From Squalus acanthias (lineage: Eukaryota): a stretch of 64,000 nt of DNA. Within the stretch, counting starts at the first letter, position 1. The number at the start of each line of letters is the position of its first letter. Location: positions 28,770,001-28,834,000 of the forward strand of contig CM059433.1 of NCBI GenBank assembly GCA_030390025.1. The letters run 5' to 3'. Below, piece by piece: positions 12,231 to 23,758 of the stretch. The position numbers and the translations under genes were made by a program. The notes under the pieces are model-generated. The model ran no database searches, was not told the DNA's origin, and saw only the letters and a program-made list of their open reading frames with translations.

Positions 12231-14420
12231 GGGCTGAATTTCCCAGGGTGGTAGTGGACGCAATCGGTGGCGGGTCATGTGGGAATGTTGTTTTTTTTGA
12301 CAGCGGATCGGGAACCCGCTGTCATCTCGCTCCCACGCACCTTTCCCACAGGTGCGTCTGTCATCGTGGAGCCGACCTAACCTGCAGCGGCGGGGGACCC
12401 AATTGAGATGATTATCAGGTAGTTTACAGGCACTTAAAGAGCCTTTTCCCCCTACATTTTAAATTTCCCTGCATGGCCACAGGATTCACGCAGCTCGGGA
12501 ACCACGTCTGCCAACCTGAGGCGTGAGTTCTGTGGCCAATGCTCCAGCTGATTACTTGACAGCATAGAAAACAAACCAAAATAAAAACATGTTGATTACA
12601 TCAGCTAACAAATTGATGGAGATACTGTTCTACGTGAAAAGCTACTGATATATCTGAAATTCCTGAAGGGATGTAAGTGCTACCCTGGATGGTGAGGGAA
12701 ATACATTTTTCACTGGCCATTCTCGGCTGTTGCCTTCCAACTCAACAGTAATTGCAGTGAATTGATCTGCACTACAAAAAATGGCATATACCATTTAAAT
12801 ACATTTTTGTGTTGTTTCTGGTCAGGTTTTTCTCAGGTTTTCTCAGGTTTTTCTCACAGTACACTGTGATTGTCCAGTTACACATTAGATCAAGTTATCA
12901 ACCGTAACAATTTCATTCTCATCACTCATTCCACTGGTTCAATTTGCTTTCAGTCCCTGAATATGACTAATGTAATTTTTCAGTCTGAGACTTTGGGGTG
13001 AATTTCTGCAGAGGTTCTCTCACTTGTCCATTGTTAACTTCAATGGAAGAGCTGCATCCCAGAAACACAATGGCCCAAAAATTCGTGAGGAAGCCTTCGT
13101 GCGAGGGTAAGGCCTCCCCGCGATCTCTCACTGCGCGTTGGCTTTTTCAGTTCCAGCTCGCACGAACTTGATGTTCTGGACAGCTGCTGTGCTGGGCTTG
13201 CGTATCCCACCGGCGTAGTTAATTCGTGCGAGCTGTGGGATCACGTGACTCAGTTAGAGCCAATGGCAGCACACCATCTTCCATTCATAACTTTCACATA
13301 AGTGCTGTGAAAGTTATGAATACTATAGCCCCCCAAAAGAACCGCTAAACCTCAATTAAATTTAAAAAAAACCCATCACATTAATAAAATAAGTATAGTT
13401 AAATAAATTAACCATTTTAAATAAAAAATTAAATTTTTGAAAAAATTTAAAATCTTTTAAAAAGTTATAAAAATAAACTTACCTGTCTTTAAAGTCTCTA
13501 AAAAAGATATACCTGTTAAAAAAAATTCAAAATAATACTTAATTCACTACTTACCTTGTTAAAAGTGGGTCTTACTCCTCCTTTTTTTATGTGTAGAATC
13601 TTCTGTACTTACCTGCGCGTTGAAACCACTAAGTGCACAGCGTGCGCGCAGCCTGTAGCGCGCACGCGGTTCACCTAGGACCCGCCCCCTTTTCCATTCA
13701 CCAAGTGCCGGTTTTCAGCGCATGCGCAGTGCATGCAGAAAACCGGCAATTGGAGACAGAATACGCAGAGACGCAGTGCGTACTCTCGCGTAGCGGCACT
13801 AATTTTTGGGCCATTGTAAGCACCACTTACACCGTTTGTCAGGGATTCATAAGAACATAAGAAATGGTCTTATGAATCCATAGCTCTTCCTTTGAACTGG
13901 CATAAGATTGTAAATCCACCCCTTTCAATTACATTTAAAATCTGCTTAATTTTATGCATTATCCATACACATACATCTTTTATTTGTACCAGTTACTGAT
14001 ACAAAAGTCTATAGATTTGTGACTAAACCAACAATAACCTCCCAATTAATGTACTTTTTCAATTATGTTCTTGATCATATTTGTAGATGGCGTCACATTA
14101 CTTAATGATAATGTTACTTAAATATTTCTTTGTCACTCATATATAGCTTTTATTATATTATTGTACAGTAAAGATTCAACACCCACTATGTTAGATTATA
14201 CTTAAAATTTAATGTGGCTATGGTCCCTTTAAGGATCCCGGCTGAAAATGTGTCATGAATGACGTCACCAGACCTGCTCCATCTCATTGGGCCAGGTAAC
14301 GCGCTGGGGCGGGCTTAATAGGCCCCATTTTCTACAGTGGGATGGAGCCAGCAGCAGGGTCGTGACCTGCCACGGACACCGGCCACACAGGACCCGCCAA
14401 AGTAAAGAAAATTCCAGCCC
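12231..14420. mobile_element. Non-autonomous Harbinger-like DNA transposon (about 2.2 kb) containing a nested MITE
   Basis: Termini GGGCTGAATTTC ... GAAAATTCCAGCCC. Interrupts a CR1. Its right end (14220-14420) resembles the reverse complement of 19980-20195. Confidence 0.7.
13072..13812. mobile_element. Harbinger-type MITE
   Basis: Terminal inverted repeats GGCCCAAAAATT / AATTTTTGGGCC. 3-bp flanks AAT/ATT. CpG-rich ends and AT-rich centre. Confidence 0.8.
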
Positions 14421-15534
14421 TAGTTTTGGTCTCCTCCACAAGTGGAAACATCTTCTCTACGTCTACCCTATCAAACCCCTTCATAATTTTAAAGACCTCT
14501 AGCAGGCCACCTCTCAGTCTTCCCTTTTCCAGAGAAAAGAGACCCAGTCTGTTCAGTCTTTCCTGATACTTTTAACTCTCAGTTCTGGTATCATCCTTGT
14601 TAATCCTCTTTGCACTTTCTCCAGTACCTCTATATCTTTTTATAATATGGAGACTGGAACTGTGTGCAGTACTCCAAATGTGGTCTAACCAAGGTTCCAT
14701 ATAAGTTTATCATAACCTCTCTTTAGCTTGCTCAGGCCCTGTGATTAGACTGTGGGACACCAATGTATGAACCGTTAACATGTTTGAAATTCCTCTCTCA
14801 CAGTGATGCTAAGCCACTGGCTTCTGCTGAAAGAGCTGTGAGAGGAACGTCAAACAAATGCATCACGAGTTCACACGCTAGTATCCTACGGCTATATTTC
14901 AGGGCCTTAGCATTTCAAAAAAATAAATAAGAAAGTATTAAAAAGTGAGAATACCAAAGAGCCACTGGGGGATAATTCTGACTTTGGGCAATAGTATAAA
15001 ACGGGCGATTGCGATTCATCCATCTGTTAAAGATCTCTCTCGATCTTCATTTCCATTGATTGATATCGTCCGTTTTACACTATCGCCCAAAGTCCAAATT
15101 ACTCCCATGGTCCATATGAAAGTGTTTGGCCAAAGATTTTGTTCAGGGAGGGGCAGAAGCCAGAAGAGCCCTGATTTATTGTTGCCATAGTGACATAATG
15201 TAATGACTATGCTACAACGTGCTGTAGATCATTACATTGCCTGTTTGTTAAAACAGTTTTTCACGCCCTGCTCCGTGAAGATTAAAGCTTCTTCAGTTAA
15301 GGAGGTAGAAATTAGACCAGGCCTGTTTCCGGGCCTAGGTTTGGGGCTGCAGGGGCAACATGCACCCTATCCCAGAGGCCCAAGCATCAATGGAAATTGG
15401 TCCCCAGGCCTCAGCTGAATAACTGGGGTGAGCCGTCGGCACTGGTCACACCTCCACCAGTCCTTGCCCGACAGGAGACGGTTCTCAGGTAAATCCTGGG
15501 AGAGAGGTGTTTGATTGGGCTACGGGGGTGAGGT

Positions 15535-16250
15535 AGTAAAATGCCCCAAGGTGCTTCACAGGAGCGTTATCAATCAAAATTTGACTCTGAGCCACAGAAG
15601 GAGATATCAGGACAGGTGCTTGGTTAAAGAGGTAGGTTTTAAGGAACTTCTTAAAGGAGGAAAGAGAGGTAGAGAGGCGGAGAGGTTTAGGGAGGGAATT
15701 CCAGAGCTTAGGGCCTAGGCAGCTGAAGGCACGGCCGCCAATGTTGGAGTGATTTAAATCGGGGATGCGCAGGAGGCCAGAATTGGAGGAGTTCAGATAT
15801 CTTGGAGGGTTGTAGGGCTGGAGGAGAATATAGAGATAGGGAAGGGTGAGGCCATTGAGGGATTTGAAAACAAGGATGAGAATTTTAAAATCGATCCGTT
15901 GCTTAACCGGGAGCCAATATAGGTCAGCGAGTGCAAAGGTGATGGGTGAACGGGACTTGGAGTTAGGATACGGGCAGCAGAGTTTTGGATGAGCTTAAGT
16001 TTATGGAGGGTGGAAGATGAGAGGCCGGCTGGGAGTGCGTTGGAATAGTCAAGTCTAGAGGTAACAAAGGCATGAATGAGGGTTTCAGCAGCAGATGAGC
16101 TGAGGCAGGGGAAGAGTCGGGCGTTGTTACGGAGGTGGAAATAGATGAACTTAGTGATGGCGCGGATATGTGGTCAGAAGCCGATCTTGGGGTCAAATAC
16201 GACACCAAGGTTGCGAACAGATGGTTCAGGCTCAGACAGTTGATAGGGAG
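15535..16250 (-). mobile_element. L2-clade LINE 3' fragment
   Basis: Reverse complement of L2-type coding and 3' sequence (FSCLGPKLWNSLPKPLRL; CCTGTGAAGCACCTTGGG tail). Confidence 0.85.
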
Positions 16251-16715
16251 AATTGACTGACATTGTGAAAAGGACAGAATGACAGATGACTTTGCTCTGC
16301 AATGCCCAGGGCTACTTCCAGATTTAAAAATAACACTCAGAATCATATGTTGTTTAAACATCTTAAATACCTCAATCGGATCACCCCTTTATCTTCTATA
16401 CTCAAGGGAATACAAGCCCAGTCTATGCAACCTGTCCTCATAATTTAACCCTCAGAAGATAATCAATCCCTTTTTATATTTCTGGGGCCTGCTGTCAGTA
16501 GGCACAAGTTCCACTGGGCCCTTTGAGGTCACGCCAGGAGTAACCTCCCCCAGACATGCCCCAAGGCTTGATGCCCACAAATGGGAGATACACGCCTCCG
16601 CCACCCCTGAAAATGTTATCCCCCAAATTCTCTTATCTACGGATTCTTAGCTTAAAAAACAGCGCTGATTGATTTTAACATCTTATTTGAATAAAATACA
16701 GATTTATATTTTAAA

Positions 16716-17140
16716 GGAAGAACTTGCATTCATATAGCGCCTTGCACAACCTCAGGATGTCCTAAAGCGCTTTGCAGCCAATTAAGCACTTTTGAAGTGT
16801 TGTAATATAGGAAATGTGGCAGCCAATTTTGCACACAGCAAGATCCCACAAACAGCAATGAAATAAATGATCTGATAAACATTTTTTTAAAGTGATGTTG
16901 GTTGAGGGATAAATATTGGACGGGACACCCCTACTCTTCTTCAAAATAGTGCCATGGGATCTTTTATGCCTACCTGAGAGGGCAGATGGGGTCTTGGTTT
17001 AACATCTCATCCAAACGATGGCAACACTCTCTCAGCACTGCGAGTGTCAGCCTAAAGCATGTGCCCAAGTTTCTGGAATGGGACTTGAACCCACAACCTC
17101 CTGACTCAGGGATGAGGGTGCTACTCACTGAGCCATGGCT
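16716..17140 (-). mobile_element. SacSINE1-like SINE
   Basis: Reverse-complement family match with head CTGAGCCATGGCTGA. Confidence 0.85.
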
Positions 17141-18134
17141 GAGAAAACTTTCCTTTGCCGATATACCTGCTTACTTGGCCAAATCCTCCCAGGTTCATTG
17201 CTGCTGTGAAAAGGACAGAATGACAGCTGACTTTCCTCTGCATTGCCCAGGGTTACTTTCAGCATTTAAAAATAACACTCAGAATCATATTTTGTACCAT
17301 AATTTACAGACAGGAACACAAAACATACAAACAACAAGCCACAACTATGGCACTAGCAGCAGTGCACAGAAAGGACTTGTAATTTGTTGGTAAGGTGCCA
17401 TGCTGGTAAAATAAAGCCAGTGGCGCACCACTCCAAGGGCATTATCCTGTACGTTCTCAATAGGTTAGATAGCATGACTGACAGGAGAACTTACAATGTG
17501 TGAAACTTGGACAGTTAACTATAAGCCTGACAAGCGGGCTGAATGTTTTTTCTCTGTTTACAACTCATCGCACTTTACAATGACCCGTCCACTGTTTTGT
17601 ATGAAGCCAGAATTTGCATTTTCACTACGACAACTGATTTAATGGCTTACGTCACATCTCATTACTCATGGGCAAACATCATTGAATTTGCTCCTTCGTA
17701 GGTCTCTAGGGTGCTTTAAAAATGCTAAATAGCACAAAATATAATTTGAAATTTTTTTGTGTGTGTGTGGTCGCATAGGCTAGTCTATCCCTTCTATGCT
17801 TAGCGTGTAAAGTAAACATAATTTACCCCATCCCGTGTTTGCTTTGCTCCTCTACCATCTGCAACTGCTGCTGTGGGGCTTTCTTGCTGGATTTAACCTC
17901 GAGCAATGTTTATCTAGCTTTCTTCTCCCGAGACCGCGAAGATGGCTTGTTCCAGCAGCAACATGACAAAATGAGGCCACGCTTTTGAATCCTTAATATC
18001 TTGCGCTAAACTAGGGCTGGAGCTTGTCCCAGAGCTTATCCCAATAGGCCGGCATCATGCGGATAGTAATAATGTCGGTGTTCTTTCGCGAGTAGGCTCG
18101 TTAATATAATGTCCGTGTGTTTGTGTGCATGTGC

Positions 18135-18990
18135 GGTACTGGGGTTAAAAGGTTTCAATTATGAGGACAGGTTGCATAGACTAGGCTTGTATTCCCTTGA
18201 GTTTACAAGATTAAGGGGTGATCTAATTGAAATGTTTAAGATGATTAAAGGAGTTGATAGTGTAGATAGAGAGAAACTATTTCCTCTGATTGGGGGGGGG
18301 GCGGGGAATCCAGAACAAGGGGGCATAACCTTAAAATGAGAGTTAAGCCGTTCAGGAGCGATGTCAGGGAGCACTTCTTCACACAAAGGGTAGTGGAAAT
18401 CTGAAACTCTCCCCCCCAATTGCTGTTGAGGTTGGGGGTCAATTGAAAACTTCAAAACTGAGATTGATAGATTTTTGTTAGGCAAGGGTATTAAGGGTTA
18501 TGGAACCAAGGCAGGTAGATGGAGTTAAGATACAGATCAGCCCTGATTGATTGGCGGAACAGGCTCGAGGGGCTGAATGGCCGACTCCTGTTCCTATGTG
18601 GGGGTAGAAGGCACTACAGGAAAGATGTTGAGGCAATAGCCAGGGTACAGCACAGATTCCCAAGGATTTGGTATCAGGAAAAAGAAAGACTTGGAAAAAT
18701 CAGGGCTTTTTTTGTTACAATAGAGGAGATTGATTCGATAGAGATTTTTAAAATTAGGAACAGACGTGACAGATAGAAACAGACTGAAAGATCTAGAACA
18801 AGGGCACATTGATTCGAGACTAAATGTAAGGCATTTAGGACAGAGAACAGGAGAAACATTTGTTTTGCGCAGAGGGTTGTGGAATACACTACCAGAGTTT
18901 GCAACTGAAGCAGAGATCACGTCAACCTTTAAGAGTAGGTGAGACAGGTTTTTGAAGGAAATTGAGACAATCTCTTGGGACTTTAGTAGC
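18135..18990 (+). mobile_element. Two adjacent CR1 3' fragments (younger about 18135-18597, decayed about 18600-18990)
   Basis: YEDRLHRLGLYSLEFTRLRGDLIEMFKMIKG and 3' UTR GCTCGAGGGGCTGAATGGCC. Confidence 0.85.
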
Positions 18991-19496
18991 AATATGATAA
19001 ATTACTTTGCAAACAATTGTAATTGTATCCCAGCGATCTTGAAAAAAGAATAGTCTAGCAGCAGGGAGGAGAACAGCTTCAGCCTTCCCTCTGATAGCTA
19101 CACTCCCTCTCTATCGCATATTAATCTTCATTCTATAATATCTACCTATTTTATTGTCATCGGTGCTCCACATTGGTCTCTCGTTTCTCCTCCCCCCCCA
19201 CCACTTGTTGCTATGCTTCCTCCTCTCTCTATCTGTGCTCTTCCTCAGTGTCCAAACTCTCCCGTCTGTCTTTCACACTCTGGACTTTGGACTATTCCCC
19301 TTAGTAAATGCCACTGAAGGTTCATTTTACAAGACTGCGCTGGTTATGTGGGGCCTCGCCTGTGGTTGTTGTGGTGGGATGTAAAATTAGATCTAGCGCC
19401 TGATTTGCCACATGCGCAATTTCAGATGCATAATGGAGACGTGTCACAGTCATGTGCGATTTAGACGCTGAACTTATTAAAATCATGCCTAATTTT

Positions 19497-19975
19497 TTAC
19501 ACAGAATGTACGGCACAGAAACAGACCATTCGGCCCAACTGGCCTATGCCAGTTCATGCACCACACGAGCCTCCTCCCACCCCTCTTCATCTCACCCCTT
19601 AACATATCCTTCTGTTCTTTTCTCCCTCATGTGTTTATCTAGCTTCCCCTTAGATGCATCTATATGCCTCAACCACTCCTTGTGGTAGCGAGTTCCACAT
19701 TCTTACCACTCTTTCTGGGTGTCAGCCGAGGTTCAGTGGATAGCACTCTCGCCTCTGAGTCAGAAGGCTGTGGGTTCAAGCCCCACTCCAGAGACTTGAG
19801 TACATAATTCAGGCTGACACTCCAGTGCAGTACCGAGGGAGTGCTGCACTGTCGGAGGTGCCGTTTTTAGATGTGGTAATAGGGTGGGATGAAGTAGGGT
19901 GGGAGGAAGTTTGTGTGGAGCATAAACACCGGCATAGACCCGTTGGGCCGAATGGCCTATTTCTGTGCTGTAAAT
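19497..19975. mobile_element. Cluster: CR1 tail (-), partial SINE (+, 19719-19871), CR1 tail (+)
   Basis: Matches to CR1 3' UTR and SINE head copies elsewhere in the window. Confidence 0.75.
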
Positions 19976-19979
19976 AGTA

Positions 19980-20320
19980 TGGCCGCGATTTTCCCTACTT
20001 CGGCGGGTCTGTGGAGGGCGAGGTCAGCGGTAGGTCACGGCCTCGCTGCTGGCTCCATCCCGGCCTCCGACATGACTTTCCCCTGATGGAGCTTGTTAAG
20101 CCCGCCCAGCGCATTTCTCGGTCCAATTGAAGGAAGCGGGTCTGATGACATCATTTGAGGACACGTCATCAGCCGGTTTCCTTAAAGGGACCATGCGCAA
20201 ATTTACTTTGACATTTGTGCTGTCAGTGTTCTACAGCATTGAGGTGCTGCAAACACTGACAAGCACTGCACAGAGGTGCATGGCTACACCCAGGCTCTCC
20301 CATGACTCCCTCCATATGCT
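19980..20320 (+). mobile_element. Harbinger-like element end fragment, with the start of a Myb/SANT-like ORF
   Basis: GGCCGCGATTTTC start, CCTTAAAGGGACC motif shared with other copies, then ATPRLSHDSLHML (resembles APRFS..SL..L). Confidence 0.55.
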
Positions 20321-20599
20321 TATCTCCCCTCTGACCCTTTTGCCAATTACCTTAAATCTGTGTCCTCTGGTTACCGACCCTCCTGTCAGTGGAAACAGTT
20401 TCTCTTTATTTACTCCATCAAAACCCCTCATAATTTAGATGAGGAGATGAATTCATAAGGAGATGACAAATGCCACTGATGTTTTATCTGAATTTGCCAC
20501 TACCCCAGGACCCATGGTTAAAGAACCCGCCACATCTTTCTAGATAGCTCAGAGGAGGCCCATCTCCACCACCTCTGTTTAACAAGACTATATGTCACA

Positions 20600-21095
20600 A
20601 AGTTGTGGTATGGTCTGCAGACAAAGCTTGGAACAGGGATGCCTCATCCCTTACAAGTGAAGGTTACCAAAGTGTGAAGCTTTCAGACTACCGGTTCCTT
20701 TCAATCCACCACAGGGGACATTTGCCACTTCAGACAGTCTGCAATGCACACCTGTATCAAGCAAGTAACAAGAGGCAACACCTTTGTCAATCTTCCCGTG
20801 GAAAGAAGGGATCAGCTCGACAAGGGGTAGTGATTTCATCAACAGTCAAAGTTCCCTTGAGTGCAAGGTATTGAAGATGGCAACTGTGAGAGTATCAGGG
20901 CTCCTCATTTCAACCCCATGGCCTACATGAAGAGAAAGGGTTTGCACTCAATTAATGTTCAAGTGATATCCGCCTCAGAATTATTGTGCCCATCAAAGGC
21001 TATCATCCATGACGTAGCTACGATGCCTTAAATATGCAGCAGTTCACGGTCCATTATTTAAAGAAACAACACTAAGGGGACCAGGTCTAACCATT
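20600..21095 (+). pseudogene. Decayed PIF/Harbinger (HARBI1-like) transposase fragment
   Basis: Translates with stops as LQVKVTKV*SFQTTGSFQSTTGDICHFRQSAMHTCIKQVT and FP*VQGIEDGNCESIRAP...AYMKRKGLHSINVQVI. These match the Harbinger HTH region and first catalytic-D region. Confidence 0.85.
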
Positions 21096-21124
21096 GCATC
21101 CATGGCTGCTAAACCCACAAAGAA

Positions 21125-21585
21125 AAAGAAAAGAAAGACTTCTTTTTATATATCGCCTTTAATGACATCAGTACATCCCAAAGCACTTTACAGCCAATTA
21201 AGTACTTTTTTGAAGTGTAGTCACTGTTGTAATGTAGGAGTAGCAGCTAATTTGCGCACTGCAAGGCTCCACAAACAGCACTGAAATAAATGACCGGATA
21301 ATCTGTTTTAGTGATGTTGGTTGAGGGATAAATATTGGCCAGGACACCAGGGAGAACTCTCCCTGCTCTTCTTTGAAATAGTGGAGTGGAATATTTTATG
21401 TCCATCTGAGAGGGCAGATGGTTTAACGTCTCATCCCGAAGATGGCACCCTCGACAGTGCAGCGCTTTCTTAGCACTGTCCTGGAGCGTCAAACGCGATC
21501 ATATGCTCAAGTCTCGAGTAGGGCTTGAGCCCACCATCTTCTGACTGAGAGGCAACAGTGCTAGCCATTGAGCCACAGTTAACAC
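21125..21585 (-). mobile_element. SacSINE1-like SINE
   Basis: Reverse-complement family match. Confidence 0.85.
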
Positions 21586-21627
21586 TTAATGAAAACCCCG
21601 AACTCCAAATGAGCAGTCTCGATTATA

Positions 21628-21880
21628 ATAGCTCCACCATTGGCGGCCGTGCCTTCAGCTGCCTAGGCCCTAAGCTCTGGAATTCCCTCCCTAAACCTCT
21701 CCGCCTCTCTACCTCTCTTTCCTCCTTTAAGATGCTCCTTAAAACCTACCTCTTTTCTGCTATAATATTTTCTTATGTGCCTTGGTGTCAGATTTTGTTT
21801 GATAATCGCTCCTGTGCAGTGCCTTGGGTTGTTTTACTAGGTTAAAGGCGCTATATAAATGCAAGTTGTTGTTGCTGTTG
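21628..21880 (+). mobile_element. L2-clade LINE 3' end
   Basis: STIGGRAFSCLGPKLWNSLPKPLRL and tail AAAGGCGCTATATAAATGCAAGTTGTTGTTG. Confidence 0.88.
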
Positions 21881-22984
21881 CAGCTCTCCACTGCCAAATC
21901 CATTTGCAAGAAAAGGGTGCCATCCAGTATCGGAAGAGTGTGCCTAAAAGAGTGATGGTGTGTAAAATGCTCTAAACGTACACAGAAGGTGCGATAGATC
22001 CCAACTTAAATTGGTGACATACTTGATGGCCCCAAAAGAATCAAATGCAAAAGCATGAAGCACATTTATTTTCATTTTCCTCGCAATATCAGCAAACTAA
22101 TTCTTCATTTGCAGCCATGTATGAGAGAGCTGGTTGACTCAGTGACCTCGCTCTATTTAGATGGCACCTGTGCGTTCAATGAAGTAGGCCCCTTCCCTTC
22201 GATGGTGCAATGCGACTTTCTGTCCTGCAGCATTAACAGCAGCAATATTACCCACGCATCCAATTAGTACCCTTTCCTGCCACAATTAGCACAACTTCCC
22301 CTCAGGTGGTGCGCGGCAGCCCTTTTAGAGCTGCTGTCCCATTGGATTCTATGCTTCTCAGTCAAGCTCTCCAGGCAAACTTCTCAAGTGTCAGTAGCCT
22401 ATTCAAATTAGGGGGAAGGGTCCCCCACTGCAAAATTCAGCATGGCCAGCCCTGTGCAATGCCAATGTAGGTGAGCCTGGTTTATAGGTTGGTTCAAGCC
22501 CATTCTGGCCATTCTTCTAAAATCGGGATCTCGTGTCTTATTCACTTCCCTTCCTTCCTGCCCGATCACGAATCCTCTGTATCTGTCTAATTATGTTTCC
22601 AAAAAGACATCAACCTATCTGAAACAATTCAAAACTGAAGTATCGTTAGTGGAAAAAAATTTGCAGGGCTACGGGGAAAGGGCGGGGGAGAGGGACTAGC
22701 TGAAGTGTTCTTGCAGAGAGCCGGCACGGGCTCGATGGGCCGAATGGCCTCCTTCTGCATTGGAACCATTCTATGATTCTATGTGAAGATAAAGTAACAT
22801 TTGGCATTATTTCTCAAAAGTTTCCTAATAGGAAATTCCTTATTTACGATTATTATGTAAAAGTTGATTCAAATTTTGTATCATTTTTTCATCAGCACAA
22901 CTATCACTTTACATTTAAGGAGCTAGCGACCCTGAAATTCCACAGGGTTTTCCTGGATTCCTGGAGTTTTTATAAGAATTGTTG

Positions 22985-23370
22985 CGATGTGGGCGTCACT
23001 GGCAAGGCTGACATTTATTGCCCATCCCTAGTTGCCCTTGAGAAGGTGGTGGTGAGCTGCCTTCTCGAACCACTGCAGTCAGTGAGGTGAAGGTACTCCA
23101 ACAATGCTGTTTGGTAGGGAGCTCCAGGATTTTGCCCCAGCGACGATGAAAGAACGGCGATATATTTCCAAGTCAGGATGGTGTGTAACTTGGAGGGGAA
23201 ATTGGAGGTGGTGGTGTTCCCACGCACCTGCTGCCCTTGTCCTTCTAGGTGGTGGAGGTCGCAGGTTTGGGAGGTGCTTTCGAAGAAACCTTGGCAACTT
23301 GCTGCATACATCCTGTCGATAGAGCACACTGCGGCCAAAGTGTGCTGATGGTGGAGCGGGTTAAGGCAGG
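22985..23370 (-). mobile_element. 3' end of a second CR1-group LINE family (SFIVAG.KSWNSLP...HHHLLKGN type)
   Basis: ORF 23079..23327 and 3' UTR GGGATGGGCAATAAATG. Further copies at 36680, 41690, 46530, 52210, 53078 and 59425. Confidence 0.85.
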
Positions 23371-23758
23371 AGAACCCCCATAGAATTTCAGAGCCACCGT
23401 CTTTAGAAAAAATGTTTGGCAAACTTGTTTTTGTTTGGGCAGTGCCAGAAGTACCACTTTTTAATATGGACTCCTGGGTAGCACATTGGAGCCAAAACCC
23501 TGGAATCATTGGCTGCATCTAGTGACACCACTATTCCCAGCCAGAATGGAGACGATTGGTTAATTCCCCCGTCAATCACGCATTGAGACTGTACTGCTGT
23601 AAGTGACTGGGATTGATTTTACGTACTTCATTTGTATTATGTAACTATTTTTAAATAGATTCTGTAGACTGCTGCAGTGCAATGTTTAAATAGACTCTGT
23701 TTGTTGTAGTGTGCTGTTTAAATAGACTCTGTTTGTTGTAGTGTGCTGTTTAAATAGA

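Larger units (their letters stand above)
11940..14720 (-). mobile_element. CR1 LINE 3' fragment split in two (about 11940-12230 and 14421-14720) by a DNA-transposon insertion
   Basis: ...TATGGCCCCT and AGTTTTGGTCTC... rejoin into contiguous CR1 sequence; compare the uninterrupted copy at 44820-44835. Confidence 0.8.

Noticed and set aside
17755..17800. AYATTHT on the minus strand as a candidate for the exon containing SYATQTQ
   Set aside because: No GYDDGY/EYDDQ context and no splice sites. The downstream KHDRBS2 exons appear to lie outside the window.
20600..21095. Domesticated HARBI1 gene
   Set aside because: In-frame stops and frameshifts mark it as a decayed transposase.
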